Below are positions 32,631 through 44,700 of a stretch of DNA of 64,000 nucleotides, piece after piece. Both the position numbers and the translations under genes were made by a program. The notes beneath the pieces were generated by a model, which made no database searches, was not told the origin of the DNA, and was given only the letters and a program-made list of their open reading frames with translations. Origin of the DNA: Phallusia mammillata (taxonomy: Eukaryota); the NCBI GenBank assembly GCA_965637545.1, contig OZ281494.1:13206001-13270000 (forward strand), read 5' to 3'. The first letter of the stretch is position 1; every line of letters starts with the position of its first letter.

Positions 32631-35279
32631 TCAATGAAGAACAACAGGTTTGTTAAGTTTATCTTTAAAATCGTTAGTATTTTTACGAGCGTTTGCAAGA
32701 TGATAACTGTAAACCAAATCCATCCTCGGTGATTTTGCTCTGGCCATTGTCAATCTAGCTTGAGCTTTCGATCGTTTTCGGTTCACTGACGGGGTTTTAT
32801 GACCCAATTTGTCTTGAAGTGATTGCAATTCGTAATTGTTCAAACATAAGTCTGAGGTAGCCTTTATCTTTTCTTGGTGTTGCGAAAAATCTTGGGGGAG
32901 AATGTCTTTATCGGAACAGGGTAAAATCCTTTTCTCATCGTATGCGCAACGTCCGTTTTTTACTCGGATCAAATCTTCATCAGTTGCCGAAACCCTCATG
33001 CTCTTCTCCCGACGTTTTCTCTTGGAACTGGTTTCACCGTGGTAATTTACAGCTCCCATTCGAAGAAGAGCTTCAACTTCCTCATGGATGTTCAATAGAC
33101 GATCTTTATCACTGACAAATGATTTCCTTGAACATCTCTCAATCGTGTTGCCCTCAGGGTAACAAGAAGCAGGTCCTTGGTGTTGATCATTATTTATGTT
33201 TTCATCTTTGGATGTCAAATCGACAAAGTGAAGTTTCTCCTTTTTTATCTTTCTTCTTAACGGTAAGGATCTAAGCTTCGTCACTGCTTGAAGAGGGCTG
33301 TTCGAAGGAGGTGAATCCTCGATACATAACACGCCGGGAACTTCTTCTGGCAAATCATTGTTATCACTATGTAAAGTTTGAGAAGTAGCGACGAAGGGCA
33401 ATTTTTCGTCCACATTTTGTGTTTCCAACTTCGTTTTAACGTTGACAACTTTGTCAGGACTTTGAACTGGTTGAAGATTTTCTAAAGGTGATTTGACTTC
33501 TTTGGTGGATATTTGTTGTTCGGTAAATGATTGTGCCAGTGAAAATATCCTATTGTGGGTATCTGTTGTCATTTCTTCTGGGCAGTCTGACTGGGACGGC
33601 AATAATGGGATAATGGGGTTAACTGGTGTGACTGGAACACTAGGACCTGTAGTTGAAACAATGTTGTTTTCAGGTTGTTCGGAATTGCGATTGTCGGGTG
33701 AAGAAAACGGCGAAGGTGGTGGACAATGAGATGCATGTAACTCCTTTTTCTGGATTCTAACGGTGACAGATGTGGTCCAAAGGGGATAAACAACGCATTC
33801 GTGTTGTTGTTCGTGGCGTTTCGACGACTGGTCATCAGTTGACACGTCGGGTTCCTGCTGTGATTCTTGCTTTTCTGTTGTCTGGGTTAGTCTTGAAGGT
33901 GACACGTGAGACCAAAAGGTCGAATCAGTAGGAGTCAGCTTTGACTCTTGCATATTTAGTGACTGATTGGGGTCCAAATGTGACAGGTGAGATCCAGAGT
34001 TGCACACATCGGGCTCCATTTGTAACTTGGGGTTTTCAGGTGATTGGGTGGGACCCAGCGGTGACAGTGCAGCAGTTCCAGTGGTTGGTTCAAGGGACCT
34101 TTTATTTAATCCATGTATTTTCTCGGGTGACAAGTATGGCCGTGAAGGTGACTGATGGGATCCAGTAGTTGGTTCGCTGTATGCTTGCTTTGGCTCGAGT
34201 TGAAACTGGAATGTCTGGCTTGGAGTATAATTTGTTGCAGTCGATTGCGTCAAGGGTACGGCTTGATATTCATGGCCGGATTGAAAGTGCATGGATGGCT
34301 TTTGCAGACGTGACGTGTTGGGTCCATCGACAGTTGTCATATAAAGATTATTTGGTTGTGGGGTATTTTGCGGATTCGGGGATACGTAGGGTACCTGGTT
34401 ATGGCCTTTACTGGAACCACATGCAAAATGCCCAAACAGCTTTAGTTGATGACTCCCTTCATAGCTGTTGCTGTCCGATTGTTTCTCTTTTATCTCGTGT
34501 ATGATTTGTCCAAAACGGTTGGTCTCTTGTTCATCAGAGTCAGTGTTGACAATTGGGCTTTTATTGCTTTGGTTTTTCACTTTGCTAAAGTCAACAAACG
34601 GTCGAAGCTGAGGTGACTTTCGTCCAAGGTCAGCGTTTGTCTCATGTTTTAGCAACAACTGTGAATCACCCCTTGTTTTATGTGATATTGTTTGATTGAC
34701 TGCTGCTTTATGGCAAACTGACATATCGTCGCCAGAGTTGGGAAACGGAATGGTGTTCTGCTTTTGGGAATGTAAGTTGGCAAGCATTTGTTGCAATGAT
34801 GCAAGTCTTGCTACCTCCTGAACTAGACCCAAATTGTTTTGATTGCCTTTGTATTTCTGTAAAGGAACTGCTTGTTTTTGTTTGTTGTTTACTTGACGAT
34901 TGGCCTGCTTCTTTGCCTTCATCTGTAAAGAATCTGGTTGTTTTTGTTGGATCTTTGTTTGACCATTTATCTGTACATTTGCTGGTATTTTTGAAGGAAC
35001 TGATTGATTTTGTTTGGCATTTTCTTGACCAATGACCTGCATATATGCCGACATCTGTAAAGGAACTGATTGGTTTCGTTCGGTGTTTGCTTGGCCATTG
35101 ACCTGCAAATTTGCTTGCATTGCTTGTATGTGACTGATCCCACTTTGTCCCCATTTTTTGTTTGGCACAATTCTAGTAGTTTGGTTGTAGCTATTCGAAG
35201 AAATTCCGATGCGTTGATGTTGGCCATGTAAAGAATCATCCTGGTCATTGGCACGACTATTTTGGTTCGTCCGAAGCAT
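32631..35279 (-). CDS. Single-exon 882-aa Q/N-rich disordered protein, paralog 3
   Basis: Uninterrupted ORF with motifs KSPQLRPFVDF, GVLCIEDSPP, HFVDLTSKDE, EEVEALLRMG, PRMDLVYSYHL. These are collinear with paralog 1. Confidence 0.85.
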   Translation of the reverse strand: MLRTNQNSRANDQDDSLHGQHQRIGISSNSYNQTTRIVPNKKWGQSGISHIQAMQANLQVNGQANTERNQSVPLQMSAYMQVIGQENAKQNQSVPSKIPANVQINGQTKIQQKQPDSLQMKAKKQANRQVNNKQKQAVPLQKYKGNQNNLGLVQEVARLASLQQMLANLHSQKQNTIPFPNSGDDMSVCHKAAVNQTISHKTRGDSQLLLKHETNADLGRKSPQLRPFVDFSKVKNQSNKSPIVNTDSDEQETNRFGQIIHEIKEKQSDSNSYEGSHQLKLFGHFACGSSKGHNQVPYVSPNPQNTPQPNNLYMTTVDGPNTSRLQKPSMHFQSGHEYQAVPLTQSTATNYTPSQTFQFQLEPKQAYSEPTTGSHQSPSRPYLSPEKIHGLNKRSLEPTTGTAALSPLGPTQSPENPKLQMEPDVCNSGSHLSHLDPNQSLNMQESKLTPTDSTFWSHVSPSRLTQTTEKQESQQEPDVSTDDQSSKRHEQQHECVVYPLWTTSVTVRIQKKELHASHCPPPSPFSSPDNRNSEQPENNIVSTTGPSVPVTPVNPIIPLLPSQSDCPEEMTTDTHNRIFSLAQSFTEQQISTKEVKSPLENLQPVQSPDKVVNVKTKLETQNVDEKLPFVATSQTLHSDNNDLPEEVPGVLCIEDSPPSNSPLQAVTKLRSLPLRRKIKKEKLHFVDLTSKDENINNDQHQGPASCYPEGNTIERCSRKSFVSDKDRLLNIHEEVEALLRMGAVNYHGETSSKRKRREKSMRVSATDEDLIRVKNGRCAYDEKRILPCSDKDILPQDFSQHQEKIKATSDLCLNNYELQSLQDKLGHKTPSVNRKRSKAQARLTMARAKSPRMDLVYSYHLANARKNTNDFKDKLNKPVVLH
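34857..35120 (-). repeat. Four degenerate 66-bp (22-aa) tandem repeats in paralog 3
   Basis: MQANLQVNGQANTERNQSVPLQ / MSAYMQVIGQENAKQNQSVPSK / IPANVQINGQTKIQQKQPDSLQ / MKAKKQANRQVNNKQKQAVPLQ. Confidence 0.8.
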
Positions 35280-36459
35280 ATTGTCTCGTTTACGTCGGTT
35301 ACCCTCTATCCTCCTGGTTACTTGTAAAAACAGTGAGACTAATTTTTAACATGTGTAGAATATCTGCCTAGCTACTCGGTGATCCCAGCTTGTGATTCTT
35401 GATTGGCTCAAAATTGCTTGTTGTATGGATCAAAAACAGTTGCTACACATTCACGGATGAACCCAACTTAAACCTAAAAAGAATGCAACAATTACAAAAA
35501 CAAATTGCAAACAGGTAACGTGACTAATGTGATGTGTGTTCATGACCTCAACAACAATTTCTTCCAGCGCCCCAAACGATTGGTGATTGTGCTCGTATAG
35601 GTCTCCAACTCAGCGTACGATATGGGACATAATATTGTAGAAGTACGACACTTTCCTCTTTTTTTCTAATAGCAACGCGCAACAATACATTCAAAATAGG
35701 CTTAGTTAGTTGAAATTAATCTTACATCAGGCATTCGCAGTTATACTGACTGCTATTGTTTCAAAGCATAAGCTGCTGCTTATGCCATCGTAAAGTATAT
35801 GTATTTGACAAAGCGGCAGGAAACAGCTATCTGGGAAACTCGAAAGAATGCAATGACTAAAACAATGTTTGTGTTAAACGGATGCTGCTATAAGACCAGG
35901 CGGCGTATGATTGATGAATAATATAGTACATTGACCGCCCGAAAGCAACAGAGGCGTTGCCTTTGTTAGCACTAGACGAGATACACAAATCCTGTGGTGT
36001 AAAGTATGCATGTTAATTCGGCGAAATGGAGCGGAAAATCGTTGGTTGAAACATGATTGCTTTTAAACAGATTAAAAATTGCCGAATAGCTCTTCAGTTA
36101 AAAAACCGTTTACGTGAATTGGCAATCTTCTTACAGAGTTCGTCTCTAGATTAACTTTACATTTTAGCGTAAAAAATGCCACTCGCTTTATAAGAAATAT
36201 CCTGACTTCGCACAAGAAGTGGAAATTCACACCAACTCGCGTGGGTATATTCCAGCTAGTAAACACGATCAAGCTACGCATGAATACTGTCAAAAACAGC
36301 GATGCAAATCTACTAATCTGAAGGTCATATTTAACTGACCTCATTTTTGTTCTATCCGATCATTGTTGCTGTTGCAGTGTTAAATGCAGGACTAATCGCA
36401 CTATATCAGATTAAACTAGTCTTTTCGTCTTAGTGCGGGGACGCCTTTATGCGAGAAAG

Positions 36460-36654
36460 CAGTGCTGGATTAACCATTACGCAAAGTAGGCACTTGCCTA
36501 CAGGCCAGTCAAAAATCCAGGCCACTTTACAACAACGATCTGTGTGACAATGATTTGGCAACACTGATAATTCTAATTTTTTAATTGGCAACCCTGATTT
36601 TCGTTCCACTTATAAAAAATGCCTACAGGCAAGCAGACCCTCAATCCGGCACTG
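36460..36654. mobile_element. Small hAT (Tip100-like) MITE
   Basis: TIR cagtgctggatt / aatccggcactg; TSD cgagaaag. Confidence 0.85.
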
Positions 36655-38307
36655 CGAGAAAGAGGAACTAATCACGTTTCTGCCTTAGGTCGCTTTGTCT
36701 AAGCTTGCGGTAAATTGTTAAACCAAACTTATTTACAGCCGCACTGGTTTCAAGCCGTGTATCTTAATTCTTTTGGCAAAGCTGCTTTCCATTTCAAATA
36801 CTTTTTCGTTTGGTTTCTGTGTAAAAAACGCTCAAAACATGGTTTCCACTTGTGTATGACAAAATCCGTTTGAAATGCGAATCTTTACAGCTCTTTACAC
36901 TCTCCTATTCCGGATGCTTTAACAACGTTCACGTTTTTTCGTTACAAGTGCTATTTTGTTCTTGACTGATTACACGAACCTCACATGCTATGTTTGTATT
37001 TCTTCAGTCGCTTGAAGTACAGACAGAAGAAAAAACACAATCGAGAGAAAATTTGCGTTTTTCTTTTGCTATCGGCTGGAAACCATTTAAGCGTATCCAT
37101 TGAAGTTGGAAAAAAGAGTCCTTGCTATCGATAAAATTATACGTCCAACTCATTTGTATTTCTAATCCAAAACCGCAGATAAATTAATCGCATTTAAGGA
37201 GAAAGACATTATAAATCATTATCATGGCTGATAATTTGTTATCGTGGCACTGGTTTTGATAAATATAGCTCAATAAATAGAACGCTAAGTGCAATGGTGG
37301 TCCGAAAAATCACCTTTCGTGCCCTTTATTGACACGCAGGTGACTTTCAATAATCCATACAGGCGAGACCTGACCCTCCCACACCGGAAACCAACGCCGT
37401 GCCCGCAGCTTTATGAATAACCGCCCTCATTGTAGCTGGTTTAACTCCTAAGTATGCCTGTCTATCTAAGATTATTTTCGAAGCCTTTAGGCACATCTAC
37501 ATAATTCCGTTGAAGCATAACAAATATTGTGGAGGCCCTGGCAAAAACACTAAGCAAATATGGACGGTACTCAGAAAACGTCCAGACTGTAACAGCGTTG
37601 ACAAACTGGACGGATTTGTACGTAAGCTTTCACACACACCAAAGTGAAACGGTGAGGGTTTAATCCTCAACACAGGCAAACAGGGAAGGGAGCATATCTC
37701 ACAGACATTTTGTTGTAACTCATCAGGCATTGGTACAATTAATAAAATATTTACATGAAATCTAAAGCTTACAAACTTCAATGGTACTTACAGTCCTACA
37801 TAGAGTGAGTATGCCCGAAGACATCTACGTTTTGCGGTTCCACTTTAAACCAAGTAATCACTAAAACACCATTTGATTACGGAATTCATCCGGAGGCTTA
37901 CTTCGGTTAAAGCAATTAACGTGTCTCGCAGCAATTACCTAAAATGCGCATTTTTCGTGCTGAAACTGGCCTGGGTTGATTTTATTTGTGTAAATAGAAT
38001 CAAGTCAGGGTAAAAGCACCACATGGTCTGAGTTGTATAGTTAGAATAGCGCGATTGTGGCCAAGGTAACAGTTGCGTGGATTTCATTGAGATACGTTTT
38101 TAAATCAGAAATGTAGAAACAACAGCTTGAATGTTTTGACGATTTCAGTGTTAATACTCAGACGTAGGTAGAAACAACATATTTGCCAGAAGAAAGCTGT
38201 TGAGTTTCTGCCTGGAAGCAAAAGTTTATACATGCTGCAACAACGTTTTTTTTTCTTTTAGGCCAATTATACTTACGAAGTGATTGGGTTATTTAAGTAC
38301 ATACAAA

Positions 38308-39615
38308 ATGTTTTCTGGTGGCAAAAATACTCAGCAATGTTCCAATACACCTTTCGTTTATTCACCCGACTGCGAAACTTTTCATGGCATAATCAGGAAC
38401 TCCAACAGGCACCAAGTTCCACATGTGAAGTCTGGCAGTTTGTTGAACGCTGATCAGTTACATAACAACATCCATGACAACATTACAACTATGCAACATA
38501 CTGTGCATCCAAGAGCTCTGCAAAACGACAAGGGTTGCTACAATCTACAAACTTGCCATTACAATCTAAACACCATGTACTGCGGGAAGCAGAGTTATGA
38601 CAGTTATCAACGTTACGAAAGGTTTCTTCGGCCAACATATGCAAACTACCAACAGCGCTTGGTCACACCATTCTATCCAGTCTATCAATATGGGCAACCT
38701 TTTAGGTTTCGTATTCAGCTTCCAACCCAGGTAAACAGATCATGGCAGCCAACAACAAGTTTTAACCATGGTGCGCCATATAAGCCAAATGTGTTGCCAA
38801 AGACAAAACACAAAGTTGAAGACATCGGAATAGTCTCATGTCAGTCTCTTGAAGATCACTATTACGTGGCAGGTGCGGGTGTTGAGGATAAGGTTGTCAG
38901 CCCACAGCCCTTCGTCAAGTTAAGAAAAAGTTTAAATCAATCTACAAAAGAGTTTGATGACAGAACGAACACCGTTGATGACATAAAAATAGTTTCCTAT
39001 CAGTCTCTTGCACATATTAATAACGACGTGTCTAACAAAAGGAAGTACAGAAACATAAAACCAAAAATGTACTCGCACTTTACGAACGCTGCATTGAAGA
39101 TTGGATACAAGCCAACCGTAGATTTACCCCGAACATCCGTTGATCACTCTTTTACTGGTACAAAATGCACAAAGACTTTCAAGGGTAAGCCCACTTGCCG
39201 CGACAAAATTACAGTTACCAAAAAACGGAAACCTGCATCTTCTGAATTGAAAGCCGAAATTTTGTCCAAGAATTTTTCAAAGCAGCAACAAGAAGCATCA
39301 ATTTGCAGTTTAAATTTTTCTACATCGCATCAAATGATTCAGCCCTCTATCAAAATTTCGGGCCACACAGAAAGAGCCAAGACAGTTGAAAAGAAGCGCA
39401 AAAATGTCCGAATGAAAATTGGAAAGACGTTTAAGTACCCCCGGCCTGATCGACTGTATAACCTAAACCTGCGGAATTTGCGCAAGACCGAGATAAAGCC
39501 ATCCTACCAACCGCTAAAGTTTAGACTTAAATCGTGTAAAGTTGTGTTGGAAAAAACTATTACGATTTTCAGTCTTCATCAAATTCGTGTTAAATTAGTT
39601 GACATTTTTCGGTGA
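38308..39615 (+). CDS. Single-exon ~435-aa protein, paralog 4 (shortest and most divergent)
   Basis: First ATG at 38308 (the ORF track opens at TTG 38284), after a ttttcttttag acceptor. Motifs: SPQPFVKL, DDIKIVSYQSL, PRPDRLYNLNLRNL, CKVVLEK, IRVKLVDIF. Confidence 0.75.
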   Translation: MFSGGKNTQQCSNTPFVYSPDCETFHGIIRNSNRHQVPHVKSGSLLNADQLHNNIHDNITTMQHTVHPRALQNDKGCYNLQTCHYNLNTMYCGKQSYDSYQRYERFLRPTYANYQQRLVTPFYPVYQYGQPFRFRIQLPTQVNRSWQPTTSFNHGAPYKPNVLPKTKHKVEDIGIVSCQSLEDHYYVAGAGVEDKVVSPQPFVKLRKSLNQSTKEFDDRTNTVDDIKIVSYQSLAHINNDVSNKRKYRNIKPKMYSHFTNAALKIGYKPTVDLPRTSVDHSFTGTKCTKTFKGKPTCRDKITVTKKRKPASSELKAEILSKNFSKQQQEASICSLNFSTSHQMIQPSIKISGHTERAKTVEKKRKNVRMKIGKTFKYPRPDRLYNLNLRNLRKTEIKPSYQPLKFRLKSCKVVLEKTITIFSLHQIRVKLVDIFR

Positions 39616-39679
39616 TTGTGATCTCGAGTTTTGTGCCTGGCTTAGTGAGCTTTGCCATTGTTTTGAATGCTTAATAAAG

Positions 39680-39944
39680 TAAGGGAACTATCATTGTCCC
39701 CCTAAATCTTGTACCATCTGATCTTTCCTTCACACGGACCTTCCAGGCTGCCTTCTATTTCTTGGTATAAAAACCTAAATACAGTCTGCACAATACCAGG
39801 ATTTTTCGAGTTTTAGCTCGAGACCGCCCCAATAAAGAGAAATTCTGGATCTTTTTGTTTAAGATTGGATTCTTTTTAGGAGTCGTAGAATCTAACTTGA
39901 CGACAATAGTAGGAGGAAAAAACGCATGATTTTGGTGACCCCGA
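39680..39944 (+). mobile_element. Possible LTR relic with a tRNA-Trp-type PBS
   Basis: TATAAAA (39766), AATAAA (39831), then tggtgaccccga (39933-39944). A degenerate CYNCHKTG-like knuckle lies about 150 bp downstream. The LTR ends are not resolved. Confidence 0.3.
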
Positions 39945-40342
39945 TGTTGTTTTGCTTTAAACTATCCAAGGAAGCAAGGAGTATTTTTGACTTCTGTAAT
40001 AACTTTAACACTTTTAAGTTAAGTTTTTTGACCCTTTTTAAACGAGGTATCGAAGTCGACAAGAAAAATAAAACTTACATAAAATGTAAAACATGCTACA
40101 AAAATATATAATTGCCACAAAACAGGCTACATATTAACCTTTTTTGTTTCTCATTTTCTTTCTCACTATTTTGTCCCAGTATGATTTTGTTGACATCGTT
40201 TTTATTGGTTGTTTGCTTAGTTACTCGAACAAAGGGTTTTATTTGGCCGGCACAGCCTGCGGGTGCAGTTGGCTGTACCCCGCCAAGTTCGTGTGGTCGG
40301 TGACGATCCTATGGTCGAATACATCCAGTACGCTCCAAGCAT

Positions 40343-40415
40343 CATTTGAATACCTTGACACTTGACTCGATAACCAATGCTTTTTGATGGCCTCCCTAAT
40401 TTACGAAACCTGTAA
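40343..40415 (+). pseudogene. Possible leucine-rich-repeat coding relic
   Basis: HLNTLTLDSITNAF then, after a 1-nt frameshift, DGLPNLRNL*; this resembles LxxLxL...FxGLxxLxxL. Confidence 0.25.
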
Positions 40416-40994
40416 CATTGATGAATGAAAAGTGATGACTCGACATGATAGTTGGTTTTGGCCGAAGCCTTTTGTTTTAGACCCATACAATGAATAAATA
40501 AAGTGAAACAAACACAAAAGTAATTTACGCAAGGAGATTTTGGGATGTTGCTAGTTACAAATTTGCATATCAAACTGGCAAATATAATAATGTTTTTTAT
40601 GTTTTAGCTTTCGCCTGCGTTAGCTTTTTTTCTATTATGATTTTCTAATTCCTGTTAGTTTTAATTACTTATTAGTTTTAAGCCCTTTTACTCAAGCTTG
40701 TAACGATAACAACAAGAAAAAACATGAAGCTGGTCAAATGCATGAGAGTTCATAGCAAGTGTATTTTTGATTTGCGAAATGCGTAAAAAACGTGTTTCAA
40801 AGAAATGCATATGCGGGAAGCTGGTACCGAACAAGCTTATCAACAAATGTAAAGAGCAGGAAAGACAAACAGTCGATGTTCATGAATATACAACCGAGAC
40901 CTCGAATTTGATGTAAATGTTCTGTGAAATTGATCCAGTGTATTCGGTATAGCATCGTTGCAAGTGAACACAGTTTGGGATATTTTTACATATA

Positions 40995-41167
40995 CAGTGT
41001 TTTTTTTAAGGTGTTTTGGGGGACCGAAACGGTCCCCCAAATTTCTCCAGCGGTTTCCCAAAATTTCGTTTAAGCAAATATGGCTATTTTTTGGTATTTA
41101 AATGAAACACTTGCGGTCTCTTAAAACTACTTAGCGGTCACCCAAACCAAACCTTAAAAAAACCCTG
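40995..41167. mobile_element. Small MITE-like element with an internal hairpin
   Basis: Imperfect TIR cagtgtttttttttaaggt / accttaaaaaaaccctg; hairpin tttgggggaccg-aaa-cggtcccccaaa; no TSD seen. Confidence 0.45.
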
Positions 41168-41758
41168 GCCATGTGGGTTTCATTTTTGACATGGCAGTTT
41201 TGGATTTTAAAGTGATGTATTTGGAAAGAGAAATATACACAAAAAAGAAGAAAATTGAAGATAGAAAGCAGTAAAACAAGCGGAACAAAACACCATTGTC
41301 ATAATGACCAATTAATAATTTAAACATATTTAATCTCAACCTATTTTAAAAGCAGTACTTAAATCTCCTACTTAAGAGGTTTTTGTGCTTTTAATTTCAA
41401 CAAATCAGTCTTAAGTTCACAAGTATATCTCATCATTAAATTTAAATAGCAAACTACATTTTGTAGTATAGCTTTGATGTGTACATCTTTCCCCAAGCTA
41501 AAACACACAAAAACAACACATAAGACCAATATTGAAAATTTTGATGTGTTAAGACCTGTGGTTGTTTTTGAAAGTGTAAGTAGGTTGCCTCAAACATCCA
41601 AAAGAAAAATACAAAATCAAGGCAAATGCCAACAAATATATATATATTTCTTCTTTTCTCTGTACCACATAATACCTGCCACTTTCTGGCATTTGACACA
41701 TCATTAGCAGGTTGTCTAATACTGACACAGGGTGGTAAAAACAAACTAATCATATTTG

Positions 41759-44700
41759 TCATGTTTCTCCCATTAAAATTCCTAAAGCTTTTTCCTGGTT
41801 TCTGTCTGTCAGCAGCAACGCCTCCTTAATCTTGTCAGTGGAGAAACCCATGTCGATGAATTGTCTCTCCAACTGCAAATATTTCACGGCCTGCAAACAA
41901 GTGTAAAATTGATGTATAAAGTAGAAACCTGTCATAAAGAATTATCCATAAAACATATGTTGTTTCAAACTTTGCTAGTATGTCTGCATGTAATCTGCTG
42001 TTATAATATGTAAACCTCCATGTCAACCTGGTTCACGCTATATAGTTTTTGCATTCATAAGGACAGCGATGACTGGTTAAATTTTATGTTGTACATTTAG
42101 ATAGAATTTTTATTTTTATACACTGGTGCATACAACAGTTTTATCAGTTCTTGTCAGCATGGAAATGACTTCCAGTTAGGATAACATACACAAGTCAGTA
42201 CTATATAAATATTTAGCCCAACAAACCTCTTGTTCATTTCCGTTAAATATGTCAAGTGCTTCTTCAATATTTTTAATTTCAAAGTGGTGATCAACCAAAC
42301 GTTGGAGAATGACTAAATGCTCTATGACCTAAAAGAAATAAGGACAAATTAAAAAGTATTGTTGCTTTTTCACGAAAAGACACAAAAGAATGACATAACC
42401 TAAGCAGCCTTACTCTATATAGCTATAACATGGAGGCGCATATATGATTCACAAAAACATTGTAGAGACTTCAAAGACATGAAAGTTTTACACTACACAA
42501 ATGTCCAATGAATCATTTGTTGGTGACACATACCAGAGTTAATTTTGCAGAGGCTTACTAAATGCAGTTTATGCACGTTGCACTTTCCAGAACTAGTTTG
42601 GACACATTCCACATTAATACATGAGTGAAACACCCATTACATTTACAAACAGCTGTTATGTGTTAATGTGGTCTAATGGGGGTATTAACCATGCTGTATG
42701 GATTACTGAAAATGGTGTAAAGGGTATTTACAAATATTGCTCTCGGACATGTTCATCTGCTACATCAAATATTCTGCGTAAGGGAAATTGTAAATTCCTC
42801 GTTTGTATTTAATATTGAGCTGTGTTAGATATGGCATTTCCTTTTAACTAACGCAATCAATACTGATAATGGCATTTATTAATGCACAAAATAATTCTCA
42901 AAACAAGATCTTTGAAATATATTGATTCACTGGCAATATTCAGTCAAATTCAAAGCAAAATCTACTCTTACATCTTTTTGGTCAGTTCCATATTTCTGCA
43001 TGGTCCTTATCACATCTTGTTCCTTGAAACCCATAGAGATAAGAGATTTGGCAAAATCCCTTTCATCTTGACCTAATCCACTCAGTAAACCAGGACTCTG
43101 AAACACATTCCCGAAGTTTTAAAAACATACATCTAGTGTTTTACAAGCTTAATAAACGCTATTCACATTTTCACTCATAATTAATTCACCACTTACCAGT
43201 GGTTGGGGATGTGGAGATTTTGGTTTTATTTGCTGCAAAAACAAATATAAATTGTTGTTCTACAAATAATGTTACCACAGAAATACTCAACACGACACAT
43301 TAAAAACACTAACTTCAACTTCTGCAAGCATAAAGTAAAGCATTTCTAAATAATGGTCAAATTAACAGTTGTTCAGTTGGTGGACTATTGAAAAAACTTT
43401 GTGAAATGCATTTTGATGGAATTAACTGGTCAAACATATATATATATATATAGAATAGAATAGAAGCAAAAAAAACAACAACAACAACATGAGCATGCAT
43501 CTATGATAAATATGGATGAGTTTCATGTAGCTTGTGTAATACAGTATCATGCAAATCTACCTCACTGAGTGTTTGTTGGTCAGTAACATCCTGCTGTCAA
43601 TAAACATAACATTATAAGCACAAGTCTACAGTTTTCAGCACGATATTCTAACTTGTCTAAATAAGAGAGAGTGCAAAAAAAGAGAAAAACTAAACATCCA
43701 TTTTTGCCACCAAATTAGCGCAAGCCCCAAAAGAATGGCTGGCCATGCAAAACTAGATGGATAACTTACTGGTAGTGGCTTATAAGTTTTATTTGGCAGT
43801 TGAGGCAAACTTGTCAGTGCTTTGTTGATGGTATCCTCAAATTTTGCACGTTCTGATGCAGACTTATTGGCTAGTACCTTGGATTTGACAGCACCATATG
43901 AATTAGGGTTGAGTTCAGGCGTAGGGGATTTATTATCTTCATTGTTGTTTCGCTTCCGTACCACCACCCTTGGTTTAACTGGTGGTATGTTACTTGGTAT
44001 GTTTTCATAAACATTTTGAGTAACATTTGTTTGTGAGTTTGCAGGAACAGTTTGGCTGCTGCTGACGTCAGTTCGTCGTTGACCACCAGCATTTATTTCA
44101 TATATGTCAGTAAATGAAGAACTGTTTGCGGGGGAAAGTCTTGGTGATGCAGCACGAGCAGACATTGCTGGTGGAGAGGTTATGGGAGGCAAAAATCCTG
44201 GGGGGTTTTGTGATGGAAAATACTGAGGTTGAATATTTTTGACTTTTTTGTTCCTTGGTTTGGCTGCAGGTATAGGTTTCGTTGGTTGAGAAACTCCATC
44301 TGCAGCCTCTGCATCGTCAGTCAGAAGATCAGTTAGTTGATCTATTAGAATTGACTTCTTGGCACGTTCACTGTTCTGGGGCTCATTGTGCACACCATTT
44401 ACTGGGGCAATTATTTCAGAGTTATTTTCACCAATAGATGTCACCACTTCTTCTGGACTTTGTTTTCCACCTTAAATGCATAATTATTTATGTGTTGAAA
44501 CTAAGAGAATATTGCACTATGACCTTTATTTTTGTAGTTTAATTTTAACAGAAAATTGGATATATTAAAAAATTTTTTTTAATTCACAGCGTTTGTATAA
44601 CTTACTGTTTGATGACACAATTTGTAAAACATCTTTTAGCTCTTGGATATCATCAATTGTTTTTAACTCCATATCACTAAATGGGTCTGGAGCTTCTGTT

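Noticed and set aside
37497-37781. Minus-strand ORF with VCEIC...FHFGVCES, resembling a nuclear-receptor zinc finger
   Set aside because: The spacing between CxxC and HFGV is about twice the canonical one, the second CxxC is missing, and no further DNA-binding-domain exon was found.
40060-40135. YIKCKTCYKNI read as a BED zinc finger
   Set aside because: It is too short and followed by a stop; it is equally readable as a decayed gag knuckle, so no call is made.
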